DNA of 64,000 nucleotides from positions 124,001 through 188,000 of the forward strand of contig JAPEUD010000010.1 of assembly GCA_026026165.1 (NCBI GenBank). The letters run 5' to 3'. Origin of the DNA: Sarea resinae (Eukaryota). Below the pieces are notes generated by a model. That model ran no database searches. It had not been told where the DNA came from and saw only the letters and a program-made list of their open reading frames with translations. A program made the translations under genes and the position numbers. Shown here piece by piece: positions 1-13,219 of the stretch. Positions within the stretch are counted from its first letter, which is position 1, and each line of letters begins with the position of its first letter.

Positions 1-418
1 GGATCAGGATGTTAAGACTCTTCTTGACGAGCAATGCCGTGTCGAAGACGATGAGACGGAAACTGAGGGGGAGAACATCATAGCTCGTGCGGACCTTGAG
101 GAAAGCTCGAATCGTACGCTATGGAGAATGATCTGTTAGTTGAGTCTCCTCAAGACGATAGCAACAGAGCAGGTTCTTTAAGGAACAGCGGAAAGAACTG
201 GGCCGCGGAGCAGGAAGCCGATTGGGTTGTGTGCGTACCAGACCCTCAAGCTGTTCGCGATCCATGGCGCTCAGCGGCGGCGTCGAGCTGTCTGGTCGAG
301 AGTGTGGGCGAGGCCGAAGGTAGGAGGACGGCTGCACGAAGCCCTCGTGACTTGCAGTGGGCGGGCCAGGCACGGTCGAGGGCGCTCGAACTTTGTCATC
401 TCCCTCTGCTACAGACAT
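1..418 (-). CDS. SNF4: AMPK/Snf1 gamma subunit (CBS-domain protein), 5' part; gene runs off the window start
   Basis: Exon 1 418-239 (MSVAEGDD...[10 protein letters not shown]), GT-AG intron 238-119, then exon 2 118-1 reads [39 protein letters not shown], the conserved Snf4 N-terminal segment. Exon 2 is not in the ORF track. Confidence 0.93.
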
Positions 419-984
419 GGCAACTTCTTGCTGCCCCAGATGGCCGCAGCATGGAAGGTCAAGAGTCAGCGGTAACCTGCTCCTGCGCACAAGCAAGGTG
501 GGGAAAGATGGAAGGGATTGCAAGGAGCAAGATCGGGAATTGGGCGTATGCACTTGGTCGAGGTCGTCAAGCCCTGGTGCAGATCCAGGTCCGGCATCCA
601 GACATGTCGTGCGATGGAAGTTCACCCAAGGTCGTAATGCCGCTTAGTGGGTGACGTGGGGCGGAAGATGAGAATCAGAGCGGGCGAGGGAGAGGGAGGG
701 GTGCGGGAGGGAACGTGCGTCCGCTTCGGCGGCGCCGGGTAGGGGTATCTCATCACAACAATACTCATCGTAACGATCGAGGGATCTATCACAGGAAACG
801 CCCACGGCGGAGCGACGGGTGCAGCCAGACTTCGGAGTCGGAATCTACGCAACAACATTTGCACGTGTGTACTCTGCCGCGAATGATCTTGTATCGATTC
901 TAATTGAAGCTCCCTTCAATGAGCAGGCAAGAGGAGGCCCTTTACACGCGCAAAGTTACAAGTCGCAACTCGTCGAGCTGATAC

Positions 985-1020
985 GGTCATTCCTGGTCAT
1001 TCCTGGTCATTCCTGATCAT
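985..1020. repeat. 10-bp tandem repeat (GGTCATTCCT) x~3.6
   Basis: ggtcattcct ggtcattcct ggtcattcct gatcat read directly. Confidence 0.85.
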
Positions 1021-2083
1021 ATGGCTCTCTGACCAGGACAATCGACTCAGAATAATATCCTTGAAGAGACAAAGGTGCCCAGCGCATTTTCTCTATTTCT
1101 CTGTCTTCGAACAATAAAACCAACCATCCACAGACGGTAACGAGGAGGCTCTCCTAGCCCAGCCCTAGAGGCCCTCTTCCTGGCATTTGCAATCATGAAG
1201 CGCACGTGAAGATCGGGTGTGTCTCGCTTAGCTTATTGTGAAGAGTTAGTCAGCTGGACGTCCATGGCCAAGGCTCGATGCTCCGAGTCAACCCCAAAGT
1301 CGGCAGTACTAGAACAATCAGGCAATGCTCGCAGATATTCTTAATCTTCTAGCATCTCGTTCCTCATGCCAAAGACCTTCTGTTCAGAGCTCTGCTTTCG
1401 ACCGCATCGACATGTGTCCATGGATTAATGTCAAAGTCATCGCGGGTCCGAGGTCGTGATTGATGACTGTGGCATGATCCACAATGCCTAGAGCGGTAAC
1501 AATGGCTTGGGCACCTGAAAGGCTCAGAACAAGCTGACCGAGATACTGTTCAGCTCTCTGCCGCAATCTCTGCTATTTCAGAACATGTCAATGTCCTTTC
1601 AATAGCATTTCGAAAAGACAGTCACTTCCTGTAGATTCTCCCCACCCCCTCTTCCTCTACTTTGCTATTTCAATGCCTGGCATTTCATTTGATCTCTCTC
1701 CTAGTGATGTAAAGATATTTTGGGCATGAGGGAGCTTCGTTCACTTGTGTCGTCTCGTTCATGCAGCTCCATAAGCTGTCACTACGGCGACATGGCTGGC
1801 TTTGCCTCGCCCTATCATAGCGTCCGTCCAGGTTCGAGGCTGTCAATCTCCCTGTGCCAGAGCGTTTCCTTCGCCGTGTTGATTTACATGCATTCGAGCA
1901 GACACATACACATGATCCATCAGGTTTCTGCCTGATGATTTCATCCTTCCTCCCGGTCACCTCATTGTTGCATACAAACAGCCTTAGCTGTCCTCGGCGC
2001 TGTGACACTTACCCCCAACCCGCGTCTAAGCGCAGACATCTGCTTCTATCCACATAAACAACAATTCACAGACTCGATTCAAG

Positions 2084-2485
2084 ATGTGCAACCGCTATCT
2101 TGTAGCCTACGCATGCAAGCACTGCTTCTACCTCGACCGCGCGCCGATCCCTTGCATCTCCAACCCGATTACTACCTTGTTGCAGAACCCTCCTAAAACC
2201 TGCCACGAGCCAACGACCATCACCTTCTCCAGCGATGACATTTGCTTCTACTGTTCTTCCAGATTCGTAGGCCTCATTGCTCGCGCCTCAGAGCGGAAGA
2301 AGGGAAGACAACAAGGGGAAGCTGTAGAGGAATGGGACATCCAACCCACTGAGGACATGGCGCAACTATATGTTCTTTGGAGGCTGCGTGGGCAGAAGTA
2401 CACCGACTTGGAGCTACCGAGCTGGGCGCTGGAGAAAGTCACGAAAGGTGACCGGATGGAGATGGTACTCAATCATTCGGAGTAA
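2084..2485 (+). CDS. Small Cys/His-rich hypothetical protein (133 aa), possible Zn-binding N-terminus
   Basis: Intronless ORF with good start context (caagATG). The pattern MC-x8-C-K-H...C...C...CxxC resembles many small fungal proteins. Confidence 0.6.
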   Translation: MCNRYLVAYACKHCFYLDRAPIPCISNPITTLLQNPPKTCHEPTTITFSSDDICFYCSSRFVGLIARASERKKGRQQGEAVEEWDIQPTEDMAQLYVLWRLRGQKYTDLELPSWALEKVTKGDRMEMVLNHSE

Positions 2486-3889
2486 CTGCTCTGAATGGAC
2501 TGATGGACATAGAATCGGTTTCTTGAATCGTAGGTCTATCTCCGATCCATCCATTCCTTTCCGATGCTAATGAGGCCGGGGTTCAAGCCTTTCAACGATG
2601 TCATCTAAGACGAGAAGCCAGAGCAACTGAACTAAGCGGGCGATCTTTTTCAATGGGCCAAAGAAGGAATGACTGGGGGGAAGGGGACGAATAGCAAATC
2701 TTCGAAAACTCTCTATTCTCAATGTCTCCAAATGGCCGGTATCTGAGAGGTTGCTGGCTCCTCTCCGCTGTGCAAGGCCTCCCTCCTGGCCCCCCCACTG
2801 TCGCTACTCTGCCACCAGACTTCTGCCATGTAATCATATACGATGCTCCTGGGCCAACAATCGAGAGAGTATGGGATTCAAGTTATTCGATGTCCAAGCA
2901 ATCCTGGCTTCGCCTAGCTATTTCTACATTATAGAAGACCACTAGAGCTTTTACTGTAAGGCACTCTATATAGATGCTATGCTGCAAATGAAATATCGAC
3001 TGTTTTCATTGATGGTTGTAACGTCTGCTCGTATTAAATTATCACCGATGCATCTCGCGAACACTGAGAGGTTCAACGATAAACGTCAGAAACTAAGTAT
3101 CGTTGAACGTCTCAGTGTTCCCTAATATAGGTACTATAGGATATGATATAAAACTTTAGATAGACATTGATTGAAGCAGTCAAATATTGCCGTATAAGAT
3201 ATTGAATACGGAGTGAGAAAGGGGAGAGGCTAGATCTCTCTTCGATTTGCAACCAAGAAAGCCGTTCTAGGTTCTTCAAGGCTGATACCACCACCACCAT
3301 CACCATCATCATCACTACAGCGCACGAGGACTTCCAATTGCCGAAGGAAGAGGGTGAGATAACAATTTGTGAGAATATGTAAACGTCTCTTTTGTATGTA
3401 CAATACATGATAATTGAGGTATCTCTTAGCAGACGAGAAGAAAGATAGAGAAATGGTATATGCATATTTGAGACGAGAAAACAAGACAACACAGCCAAAG
3501 AAAGGGTATGAGATGGCAGAACGCCTAGACTTAGATGCCACCAGCATCAGTCCAGTCTAATGTCAACAAAAACTAAACTTGTCGATACAATAACATGTAG
3601 AAGCGGTATGGAGGAAAGCGCCCAAGCAAAGGAAATTTTTGGTGCATGTGGAGGAAAACTGTAAGAATTTGCAGATCAATTGTCTGACAACAAATTGCAG
3701 CCTTGACCAGATAAAGTGTAACATACGTAGACGCGGAAGTCGTAAGCTGGTCTCGGTATCAAAAAAATTCGTACACTCGTGACTTTCTCCACAAGTGTTT
3801 GAAAGTATGCGCTGAAGTGCCCGAGCAAGAGAAGTCAACGAAAAATAAAATCGAAACGAAGGAGAAAAGTCGAAGAACCAGAAGAAGTG

Positions 3890-5272
3890 TCATCGGGGTA
3901 AAGCACAAATAGGACCAGCAACCAAAAGGTTGCGATCAGCGCCATCCCGTTTAGCAAGCAAACTCTTAAGCCCGCCCAGCCAGTTTGCAAGGTCTTCTTC
4001 CTTCTCGACACAGAAGCGGTACGTCTTTGCTTCGGCGATGATCTGGAAGCAGAAACGCTTACTTTTGGATAAAGGATCGATCTCGACGGCATTAATGACT
4101 TTGTCGAGTGGGAGGATGTGGCGTGCGAGATATTCCTTTGCCTCTTGTCAGTACAATTGAAAAAGACAATACAGGATTCCTTACTTGGGTGTCCTTGTAA
4201 AAAGCTAATTGTTTAGGCCGCAAGACCGTCCAGAGCTTCTTCCACGATCGGACCCCTCCTTTCGACCGCAGGCATAGTAGCCAGCCTTGCCAGACGACGC
4301 GTTCTTCTGCTTTGAGGATATCTAATCCGCTCATTTGACTGTCATTACGCCCCATATCAGGTCTCCCTCCTCCGCTATGTGATGAACGTCCCGCATCTGG
4401 ACCACGAGACAACGATACCGAAGATCCTCTCAAATCCACGGGGCCAGCAGTATCAGAGAACTCCGAGCATGATCCGATCTCATTGCCAGAGTATTCCATG
4501 TTATGAGATGTATGTCGCTGTATACTTGGTAGTCCAGCCGATCGAGCCGCGCCGTCCACGAACGGTTCTGGAGAGCTTGACGCTAGTCGTTCTTCTCGCC
4601 AGTGGTGCGAGGGTCCGTGAACGCCGACGCCCATGTCGCGTTCAAAGCCTTGATATGAGCCATTCTGCCCGCCGGGACTCGCGAGGAACATTTCTTGTTC
4701 TTCTTCGTCGATCCGAGCTTCGCGCCGGATGAGCTCCACCCATTCTTGCGCTTGCTTCTTGTCGGCCGCTTGGAAGTGGTAATTGCGAGACGGAGTAAAG
4801 ACGCCAAAGATGAAATCGCGGCGTCGTTTTGGGTCCTCAAGGTAGGCTACTGCGGTAACGTCTGAGAGGATGATGTGTTTGTGGAGCTTTTCCTCCTTCT
4901 CGTCTTTGTAGAGATTCAGAAGGTTTGGCCGGAGAACAAGGTGAAAGGGCTTCCATGACTATTTTTCAGACCCATCAGAGAGGGACACATGGAACTTAGA
5001 TTCCTGACGTCCTTGCATACCTTTGTCTTGCGTGTCCGCTTCATGACCTTGCCGCTCTTGAGTACTCGATCGAATTCGAAGCTCCCATTCTGATTGACGG
5101 GCGAGAAGGTGTCGAGATTCAGATGGCCACTTCTGGTCTGATTGAAGGATTCCGGGTGTGAAGCGTGTGAGGCAGCAGGTAACGATGGAGTCTGCCTATT
5201 GGTCCGTTCTGGAATCTGTCGGGGACCTGCAGAGGTGGACGCATTAGGCAGTGGCGATATAACTTCGGCCAT
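3890..5272 (-). CDS. Tandem PH-domain protein (Opy1-like)
   Basis: ATG 5272 (MAEVISP). PH1 FDRVLKSGKVMKRTRKTK..., PH2 WQGWLLCLRSKGGVRSWKKLWTVLRPKQLAFYK...RFCVEKEEDLANWLGGLK. Two introns; TGA at 3890-3892. Confidence 0.88.
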
Positions 5273-8200
5273 GGCGAGGTCAACTTGGATGGAGGGATGA
5301 TTGTCAGAAAATCTGTTGATGAAGGCTCCGGGGTGATATTCGCATTCTATAGTCGGTACTGCGAAATAAGACAAATGCTGTCCTAATCGCGTAGCGTGAT
5401 GGGGGGTGGAATGCTCGTGGAGTTGATGCTTCAGATTGCCGCCGTACGGTTGCTTCACCCCCGTACTATCCACCTCCAGCTCCGCAATGCGGCTCGTCAT
5501 GGTGTACCGCCCGTTGTACCGTAGTGGCTCGACCGAGGGGAGTTAGTCTCGCGTCGTTAGAGGATTGAGTGCTGTACCGTAGGTGAAGTACTGAAGTACG
5601 ACGTACGAAGTACAGAGTTACACACGCAGTATAAGGTAATCGAGTTTGAGCTTAGTAATCGTTCAGCCGAAGTCGCCTGCAGTGGTCGGCGGATCAACAG
5701 CATTATTTATCATCCTTCGCCGAAGTTGTCATTACGAACTATTACCCTTTCGGCTCAGAAATACCCAGTCCAGACTACACTCTTGCATTCGTGTCTTTCC
5801 AATATCCGAACCACATTGGGATGTCTGGCTTCTCTGTGCATCTCACGCAGATCGGTCCGGACCGGATTCGATGTGCGGTGAAGTTGCTGTTTGAATTGAT
5901 ATGACCTGCTCGATTGGCGGTTATTAGATTGGTTTTGGATGGTGTGCGGCTGAAACTTGTGTGTCATCATTGCTTTAACCTTTAGCTCCTCTTGGCAACA
6001 CTTTCGGAGATATCTATGGCCGCTTCTCTTGCTTCAGAAGCGTCTCTCCAGCTCAGCAGAACGAGTCGCCGGTCCTATCAATATCGCCAGCGCTTCGTAT
6101 TTCATACAGGTTGTAATGTGTCTAGCGGAGCAGGTATCTGGGGCTAAGAGGCCCGAGTCCAAGGCGGGATGTCTGGCTACCTTACTTAGATGATTATTGA
6201 CTGGAATATTCTTGATAAGGCTACTTGGCCAGTACATGTCTGGCCTATTTCAGTATATACTCTCTGTCATAGTAAGTAGTGACAATAGCATAGAGGAGAC
6301 AGACTTCGTTGGCCAAGGTCCCTTCTTTGCCTAGGAGATTAAAATTGAGATCATTGCTACTGAGATCGGAGCACCGTCAGACCGCCAGGCTCCTACCTCG
6401 AGCGGTACCTTAGGACAAGGGCCTACAGAACATGTTCTGATGAAATTTCTTGAATGATTCAGCGACTTTAAAGAGCATGGAAATGAGAAGGCGGCTTCAA
6501 CGACTACTGATTGGCCGATCTTCCACCGTACTCACTTGGCTGAGCACTGCTCAGTGACAAGAAATTCTTTCTCGTTGCTTCTGGTCTTTTATCTCAGAAT
6601 TGTCAAGAGAAAGGGAGAGAGGGGGCCTATCCAGAGTGGATAGGTACAATTTCTTTGCAACGTCAATCTCCAGACGGGATCTAAAGATGCGAGCTACGAA
6701 GATGGGAGGGAGAGAGAAGGAAGCGTGAAGTGCAAGCACACCCAAAATCTCGAAATATCTTATCATGCAGAGCAAGGTCGTGAGGGGGAAAGCCCGACGG
6801 AAGCATTCCGAAAACTTGCCGCGCAAATCAAACGGCACATTTCAAGGGATGAGCGGCGATGAATCAGACATATATGAGATTGGGCTCTCACTGAATGTAG
6901 AAGAGCTTGGACGCACGAATGTAAGAGGGTCTAATCTTTACAACATCCTTTTTTTGCCAACCAGGGTCAACAACGAGAGAACTTGTCCCTTACTTCCTTG
7001 TAGACCCGATAAGTCCAATACAGCAGATCTGCGGACCTCAAATTGCGACTACTGATAAGGAGACTTGGGCTTCACCGGGGAACTCTGCGCCATGGAATTG
7101 CACTATAGGGCTATGGAATCGTACTGAAAGGAACATATAGTCTTTCAAGTGGAGCAAATTGTATTCAGAGCATATGATTTCTCGAGACAGCCGGGCATCC
7201 GAGGCCTGACGGCAACTGCAATGTTCCGCCTTGCTGGGAAAGCATCTACTGCCAGAGCCTGTAACTCAACGCTGCCCAGAGTACACATGCTGCCTACATG
7301 ATGCACGACTTTAGCAATACCTCCAAGAAGACGCTCTACGCCTTACTCTTCAATGGGACCTGCGAGGTTTGAGTAAATGTCCCTAACCCTCCATCCGCAA
7401 CGTCTAATTCGACAGATCGCGTTTATATGCACGGGCTCCGATCATCATGTCACTGCTATTCTCGGCAGAAGGACGAGTGGATGCGCACTCGGCATAGCAG
7501 TTATCTATAAGAGCTCAGCTTGTACCCCAGACTTGTTCGATAGGATGGGCAACATCAAGCAGCTCTTACCAGGGACTACAGGCGACCTCGACACAAAGAC
7601 CTGGGCACCTGCCTGGTAGAAGTAGTGACTTCAGAATTGCTATGGAGCTTGACCTAACAGTCTACCGGATTCTAAGGCGACAACGCAAATAGCCATAATT
7701 TCAGCTGATGGCTGCAAGACACCCAGTCTAAAGTAAGGTAGGTAAGTCACAATGAATTAGCCACTGACATACATGATACAGTGCTCTGACTGCCGTGATC
7801 GCCACCTCAGGTACCTTTCCCAAACAAGGCATTGTCCAGACGTTCGCGGCCTGCCGCGACAGGATCAATGCGTAATGGATGTTACTGTACCTGACTACTG
7901 GATCATAGCTTTTTCTAACGACGGGATTTGCGCCTTGCAGATAGTGTCACTAAAATACTCTAAAACCAACCACTGCGCATTGCGCGATCACAACCCAACA
8001 TACTAGCTAAGGTTGAATCTGTGGCTTTGCCCTTCAGCAAGTCGGAGGAAGCCAATGCGTGTTGCTGGTAAACGGGAAGATTATAATGCTATCATGTCAA
8101 GGGACTGTCCAGAACTCCTTCGCAACATTTCTGGCTCGTTATGAATGAGAGCGTCTACTCGTTGTAGTATCGACTCCACCATCGAAAATGGGATTTGCTC

Positions 8201-8943
8201 CACATATCCTCCGAGATATCCAGATACCCATCCCTGAGATATGTCATACGGGACAATTCAAGCATTTGAGCAAGGGAAGTCCCCGGGGCACATTGCTGTA
8301 GCTTACTGTCATCTCAAGCGATTTAGTCATAATTGATGTCATCCTTAGATGGATCTGCATCGCCACAGATACGAGAGAGTGGCTACCTCGGGTGGCTTCT
8401 CCCACTTGCCCCGGGGGACAGCGCCCCACTCCACTCTGTCCTAGAGTATGGAGTAAGTACTTCGTAATTCGTACATATCCACTGTGGCCACATGCTGACC
8501 GGTGCGCGCGCGCCCTTCGCGCTCTAGGACCGTTCTGGTCGCTCGCTAAGAGCTGAGAGAGGCGGCAAAATTGTGACCGAGGCTCAGGAGATTCTTACAA
8601 TATCTGATGTAGGCGGGAAGGCGGAGGGTCTGCTTTTAATTGACATTATTCGGAGAGTGTATGCGGTCCGCGGCCCGCGGCGGATGTTGGCCATTTCGAG
8701 TCTTGACAGTGAGCGCTCTCCCGCTGCCTGGGGTCTGTATCTGGGCTGCACCCTCGGCGTGCGAGGTGTGGAAAATCTCCGGTACACTAAAGTGCATGGG
8801 GGTCGATACTGAAGTACCTTCCATATGTACTTCCAGGTTGCTGCAGATCTACGTCTTTTTCTCGATCTCCATCCATCTCGCTATGTACCGTACTGTACCG
8901 GGTGCACTTCAGCATGCCCACGTGAACGTCAAGAACTTGTAGT

Positions 8944-8964
8944 GGGGTGGGGTTGGGGTTGGGG
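8944..8964 (+). repeat. G4-type repeat GGGGTGGGGTTGGGGTTGGGG
   Basis: Four G4 tracts separated by 1-2 T. Confidence 0.7.
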
Positions 8965-10289
8965 TTGGTGTTGGTCTGCTCGGCTTACTGCATATATCAT
9001 CACCGTGACCGCTCCGACTTTTTCATCGTGCTAATAATGGTCAATGGTCCAGGGAAAGAAGAAAATAATTGTTGAGTCCCGGGTGTGTGCTTGCTTTAGG
9101 CGGTGGGCTAAGAATAGCGTTTCAAAAGGGGGGCCCGCCAAAAGAAACTTTGATTATTATATCTCCAGTGGGCTCGGTGCTAAGAGAAAGTAGAGCAATA
9201 GGCGGTGGGAGAAGGGCGTGGGAGGCAGATGAGGTGGACGATCGTTCAACATTGTTGATTATCCAAGTATCGTGGTCTAGAAGGTTCAAGATATGAAAGC
9301 AGTCTAACGGACGGAGTACCGGGTCATGCAACTTCTTTGGTGGAATTATTTGAGATTCCTGCCATGATCTCGTGCATCCGGCTGGTGGCCAACTGTTCCT
9401 GGCCTACCGAACTAGTCGCTCCGAGAGGGAGTCACGGAGCCCAAGAAAAGGGGAGTGGGCAGTAGCACCGTGGCCTAGAGAGGAGTGGAGTGAAAAAGGG
9501 CGGTTCACGACGGTCAGGTTAGTAAGGCACTTGGCAACCATGATGTACGAAGTACTGGTACACCGTAGTAGCAGTACCTGCCCTGGGTACTACATACCTA
9601 GTAGTACGCCGATACAGGATGGGATTACGGCGCAAAACATCCATAGCAGATCTAAATCCCATCCCCAGGTCCCGGAATAACTGTCTGCAGTAACGTACAG
9701 TAGTCTTGGGTACCCCCCGGTTCCCTTCATGGCTCCTCCATGGCTTCAGGGGTGTCCTCCAAGGGGGCCATCCACAGCATCCAGAGGGCTAACCACTCGA
9801 GGGTACCGCTAAGCACAGCTAACGCCCGGGATAACGGGATAGACGGGTTACTCTATCGGTTCCCCGCCATGGATGGCTGGAGGCCACCGAGCCAGGAGCA
9901 AGGCCAACAATAGTGAAGCGACCTACCTACCTACCTGGTAAGCCGTCAAGCCGTCAAGTCCGCGAAGTCCGTCAACCGCGACAGAGTAGGTAGTAGAGTA
10001 TTCGAACAGCTCGACGATACACGTACCACCACCGCCCGGAAGTCCCAAATGGGTAGCTCGAGCAAGTCGGAACCCCACCACGACCGTGCTACGACTGTGC
10101 TACCATGATTCTTGTTGACGAACGTGACCAGCACTCCCCCACAAGGCCCAAAGGCCCGGAGGCCCAAAGGGTCATATAAGTCGTAGAAATATGCCACCCA
10201 CTCCCTCTCCATCCGTATGAGTGCCCTTTCATTCTGCAACATCTACAGACAATTAGAGAACCTGCCCATTCAATTGCACTGAATCAATC

Positions 10290-12463
10290 ATGTCTGGTAT
10301 GTGTGGAACTGCGCGCCGAACCGTGGCCGTTTCTACCTGAGTAAAGCAACCGGCTGACACTGCGTCCTTTTGCCACCCATACAGCCAAGCACTTCATCAA
10401 TGACCCTACCCATTTGGTCACCACCGCCCTCCGCTCACTGACCTACACCAATCCCTCTGTCGCCCTCGACGAAGAAAACAAGATCATCTACCGACGACCG
10501 GATAAGCATGGCCATCAAGTGGCGCTGATTTCCGGAGGCGGAAGTGGGCACGAGCCTTCTTTCTCGGCTTTCGTTGGGCCCGGTCTGCTGAGCGCGGCCA
10601 TCACTGGTACTATCTTTGCGAGTCCGAGTGCCGAGCAGGTGCGAAGAGCTATACAAGGCCGTGTGGATCCGAAGAGAGGTGTCTTGGTGATCGTCATGAA
10701 TTATACGGTAAGCCGCAAGAAACACGCATCTGATACAACAGACGATATGGACGATCTATTGGGCATCTGTTGACGTTCTTGGTTGGTATAGGGTGACGTT
10801 CTAAATTTCGGAATGGCCGTTGAGAAAGCCAAGGCGAGCGGTCTTAACGTCGAGATGGTGGTTGTCGGTGACGACGTTGGCGTTGGACGAAAAAAGGCCG
10901 GAAAGGTCGGAAGGAGAGGGATTGCTGGCACGGTTCTCGTGCAAAAGGTTGCCGGTGCTCTGGCAGCGACTGGGTACGTGAGCTCCAGGCAGAGGTTGAA
11001 CAGAATAGTGAAAAGCTGACTCAAGACTACCTATAATCAGTGCTCCGTTGGACGTGGTCTTCAAAGCTGCCCAGCTGACGTCAAAGAACCTGGCCTCCGT
11101 GGGTGCTTCGCTATCACATGTTCACGTCCCAGGACGCGAACAGCCAGATCCAAACTCCGAGGAGAATCTCGACCTAGAAGAGATTGAAATTGGAATGGGT
11201 ATCCACAACGAGCCCGGTTTTGCGCGGGTGAAGATGGAGCTTCCTGAGCTGGTCAAGACCATGCTATCACAACTTCTAGATACAGAAGATAATGATCGGG
11301 CTTTCTTACACCTGTCCCCGAAGGACGAGGTCGTTCTACTGATCAACAACCTGGGCGGCGTAAGCCCACTGGAACTGAGTGGAGTCACTGCAGAGGTTGT
11401 TGAGCAATTGCGGGACCATTACAAGGTTGATCCCGTTAGAATATTCTCGGGAACCTATATGACAAGTCTGAGTGGTCAGGGATTCAGCATCACCATACTG
11501 AAAGTGGCGGACCTAGGGCTAGGATCCGGAAAGTCGATGGTAGAGTTACTCGAAGCTCCATCTGAGGCTACTGGCTGGACACGGGGCGTTTCGGCAGAGG
11601 TTTGGGACAGGAGATCAGATGCCGTGAAGGAAGAAGACGCTGCACTGCAAGAGGAGACCAAGCCTAGCAATCTCACAGGTGGGTCATCGCGAGAACTTCA
11701 AGTCAGGCCTCGATACTGACAGCAAAACAGTCGATCCTGCAAAGATGAAGAAGGTTTTGACTTCCGGACTGGAAAGCCTTATCGAAGCGGAACCGGATGT
11801 GACAAAATATGATACCATTGTTGGCGACGGCGACTGTGGTATTGGATTAAAGCGAGGAGCTGAATGTGAGCCAATCCTATAGTCAAAAGGTCTTGTGAAT
11901 GTTGAAGCTGACGTCCCAAAGCCATTCTCGCACTTCTGGAAAAGACCAAATTGTCCGAGGATGCTTTGCTCAATATCTCCAGCATAATCTCGGTCATTGA
12001 ACTCAGCATGGACGGGACCTCGGGGGCTTTGTACGCGTAAGTCACCATTGCAACAGACATCCTGCGGTCTCATCGCATATTGACCAGATGATCTAGTATT
12101 TTCCTCAACGCACTTGCACATGGTCTTCGTGTACAATCACCTCCCTCGCCAAAGCCGGCCACGCCGGAGGTTTGGGCACGTGCGCTACAGATATCGCTTG
12201 AATCGCTCGGTCAATACACACCAGCGAAGCCGGGCGACCGTACCCTCATAGATGCCTTGGAGCCCTTCGTCAACACCCTCAGTGAGACCAATGATCCGAA
12301 GAAGGCGGCAGAGGCTGCGCGAAAAGGATCAGAGGGCACAAAGGGCATGAAGGCGAGCTTAGGACGGACGGTCTACGTTGGTGGTGAGGGTTGGCAGGGC
12401 GTTCCCGATCCAGGTGCGCACGGGCTTAGTGTGTTCTTGTCAGGGATTGCGGAGGCAATGTAA
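10290..12463 (+). CDS. DAK1: Dihydroxyacetone kinase
   Basis: Micro-exon ATGTCTG spliced to AKHFINDP. Motifs [23 protein letters not shown](V)[41 protein letters not shown]. Multi-exon. Confidence 0.97.
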
Positions 12464-12632
12464 GATTTGGTTTGCCGTGTTCTTTTAGCGTGGGGCTTTC
12501 GTGTTTCTCATGTGCATATAATGAATTAATAAAGTCAAAAACTTTTGAACGCCATTTTATTCCCCGTCATGAGTAACCAGTATATACAGAAGAATTTCGT
12601 AACCTCGGGATGCAGATAGAATCCATTTCGTT

Positions 12633-13219
12633 TCAGCTCAACAGAACCAGAATGACCGAATCGCCCCGCAGAAACCTAGTATGCACGTTTACAGTCAACC
12701 AAGAGCTCTCCAATTGGTGCGATGGGGGAAATTTCCTCTCCAAGCGCCTGAAAAGATAATAGAAAGTACTCACATTTTACTGATAAATCTATCCTTGTTG
12801 ACCGGCCTGCCCTTCTTCCCGTTTGCCAACCGTGGTGTCTCCGTCCACATCTCTTTGACATTCTCGAGGACCATGTTGCAGTGTCTATCGAAGGCCTTGG
12901 CGCGCGCCAGCAGCTTGCGGTTGTTGCGGCATGAGATGAGGATCTGGTTGTGTGTGCGCACGGCGGTCTGTAGGATCGAGAGGGGACCGGAAGTAAACTC
13001 GTGCTCTTCGATTTGCGCAATCTCGTACTCGCTGTATATGAGTGAAAAGGATCAGTCATCAGCGAATGATGGGAGGGTTCGTCATGGAGCAATAGTGGAT
13101 CATACGTGAGTTCGTTGCGCGGCTTGGCTAGAAGATCCCTGGTTTCGGTGATTAGCAGAGAACGACGATGTCTAGACTCAGCTCGAGGAGAGCACATACT
13201 GAATTTTGGCGTCGGCCAT
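12633..13219 (-). CDS. SMD2: Small nuclear ribonucleoprotein Sm D2
   Basis: MADAKIQ start. Exon [36 protein letters not shown]...KDRFISKM; last exon [13 protein letters not shown]. Confidence 0.96.

Noticed and set aside
121..654. 177-aa + strand ORF
   Set aside because: Overlaps SNF4 exon 1 and intron antisense; no recognisable protein.
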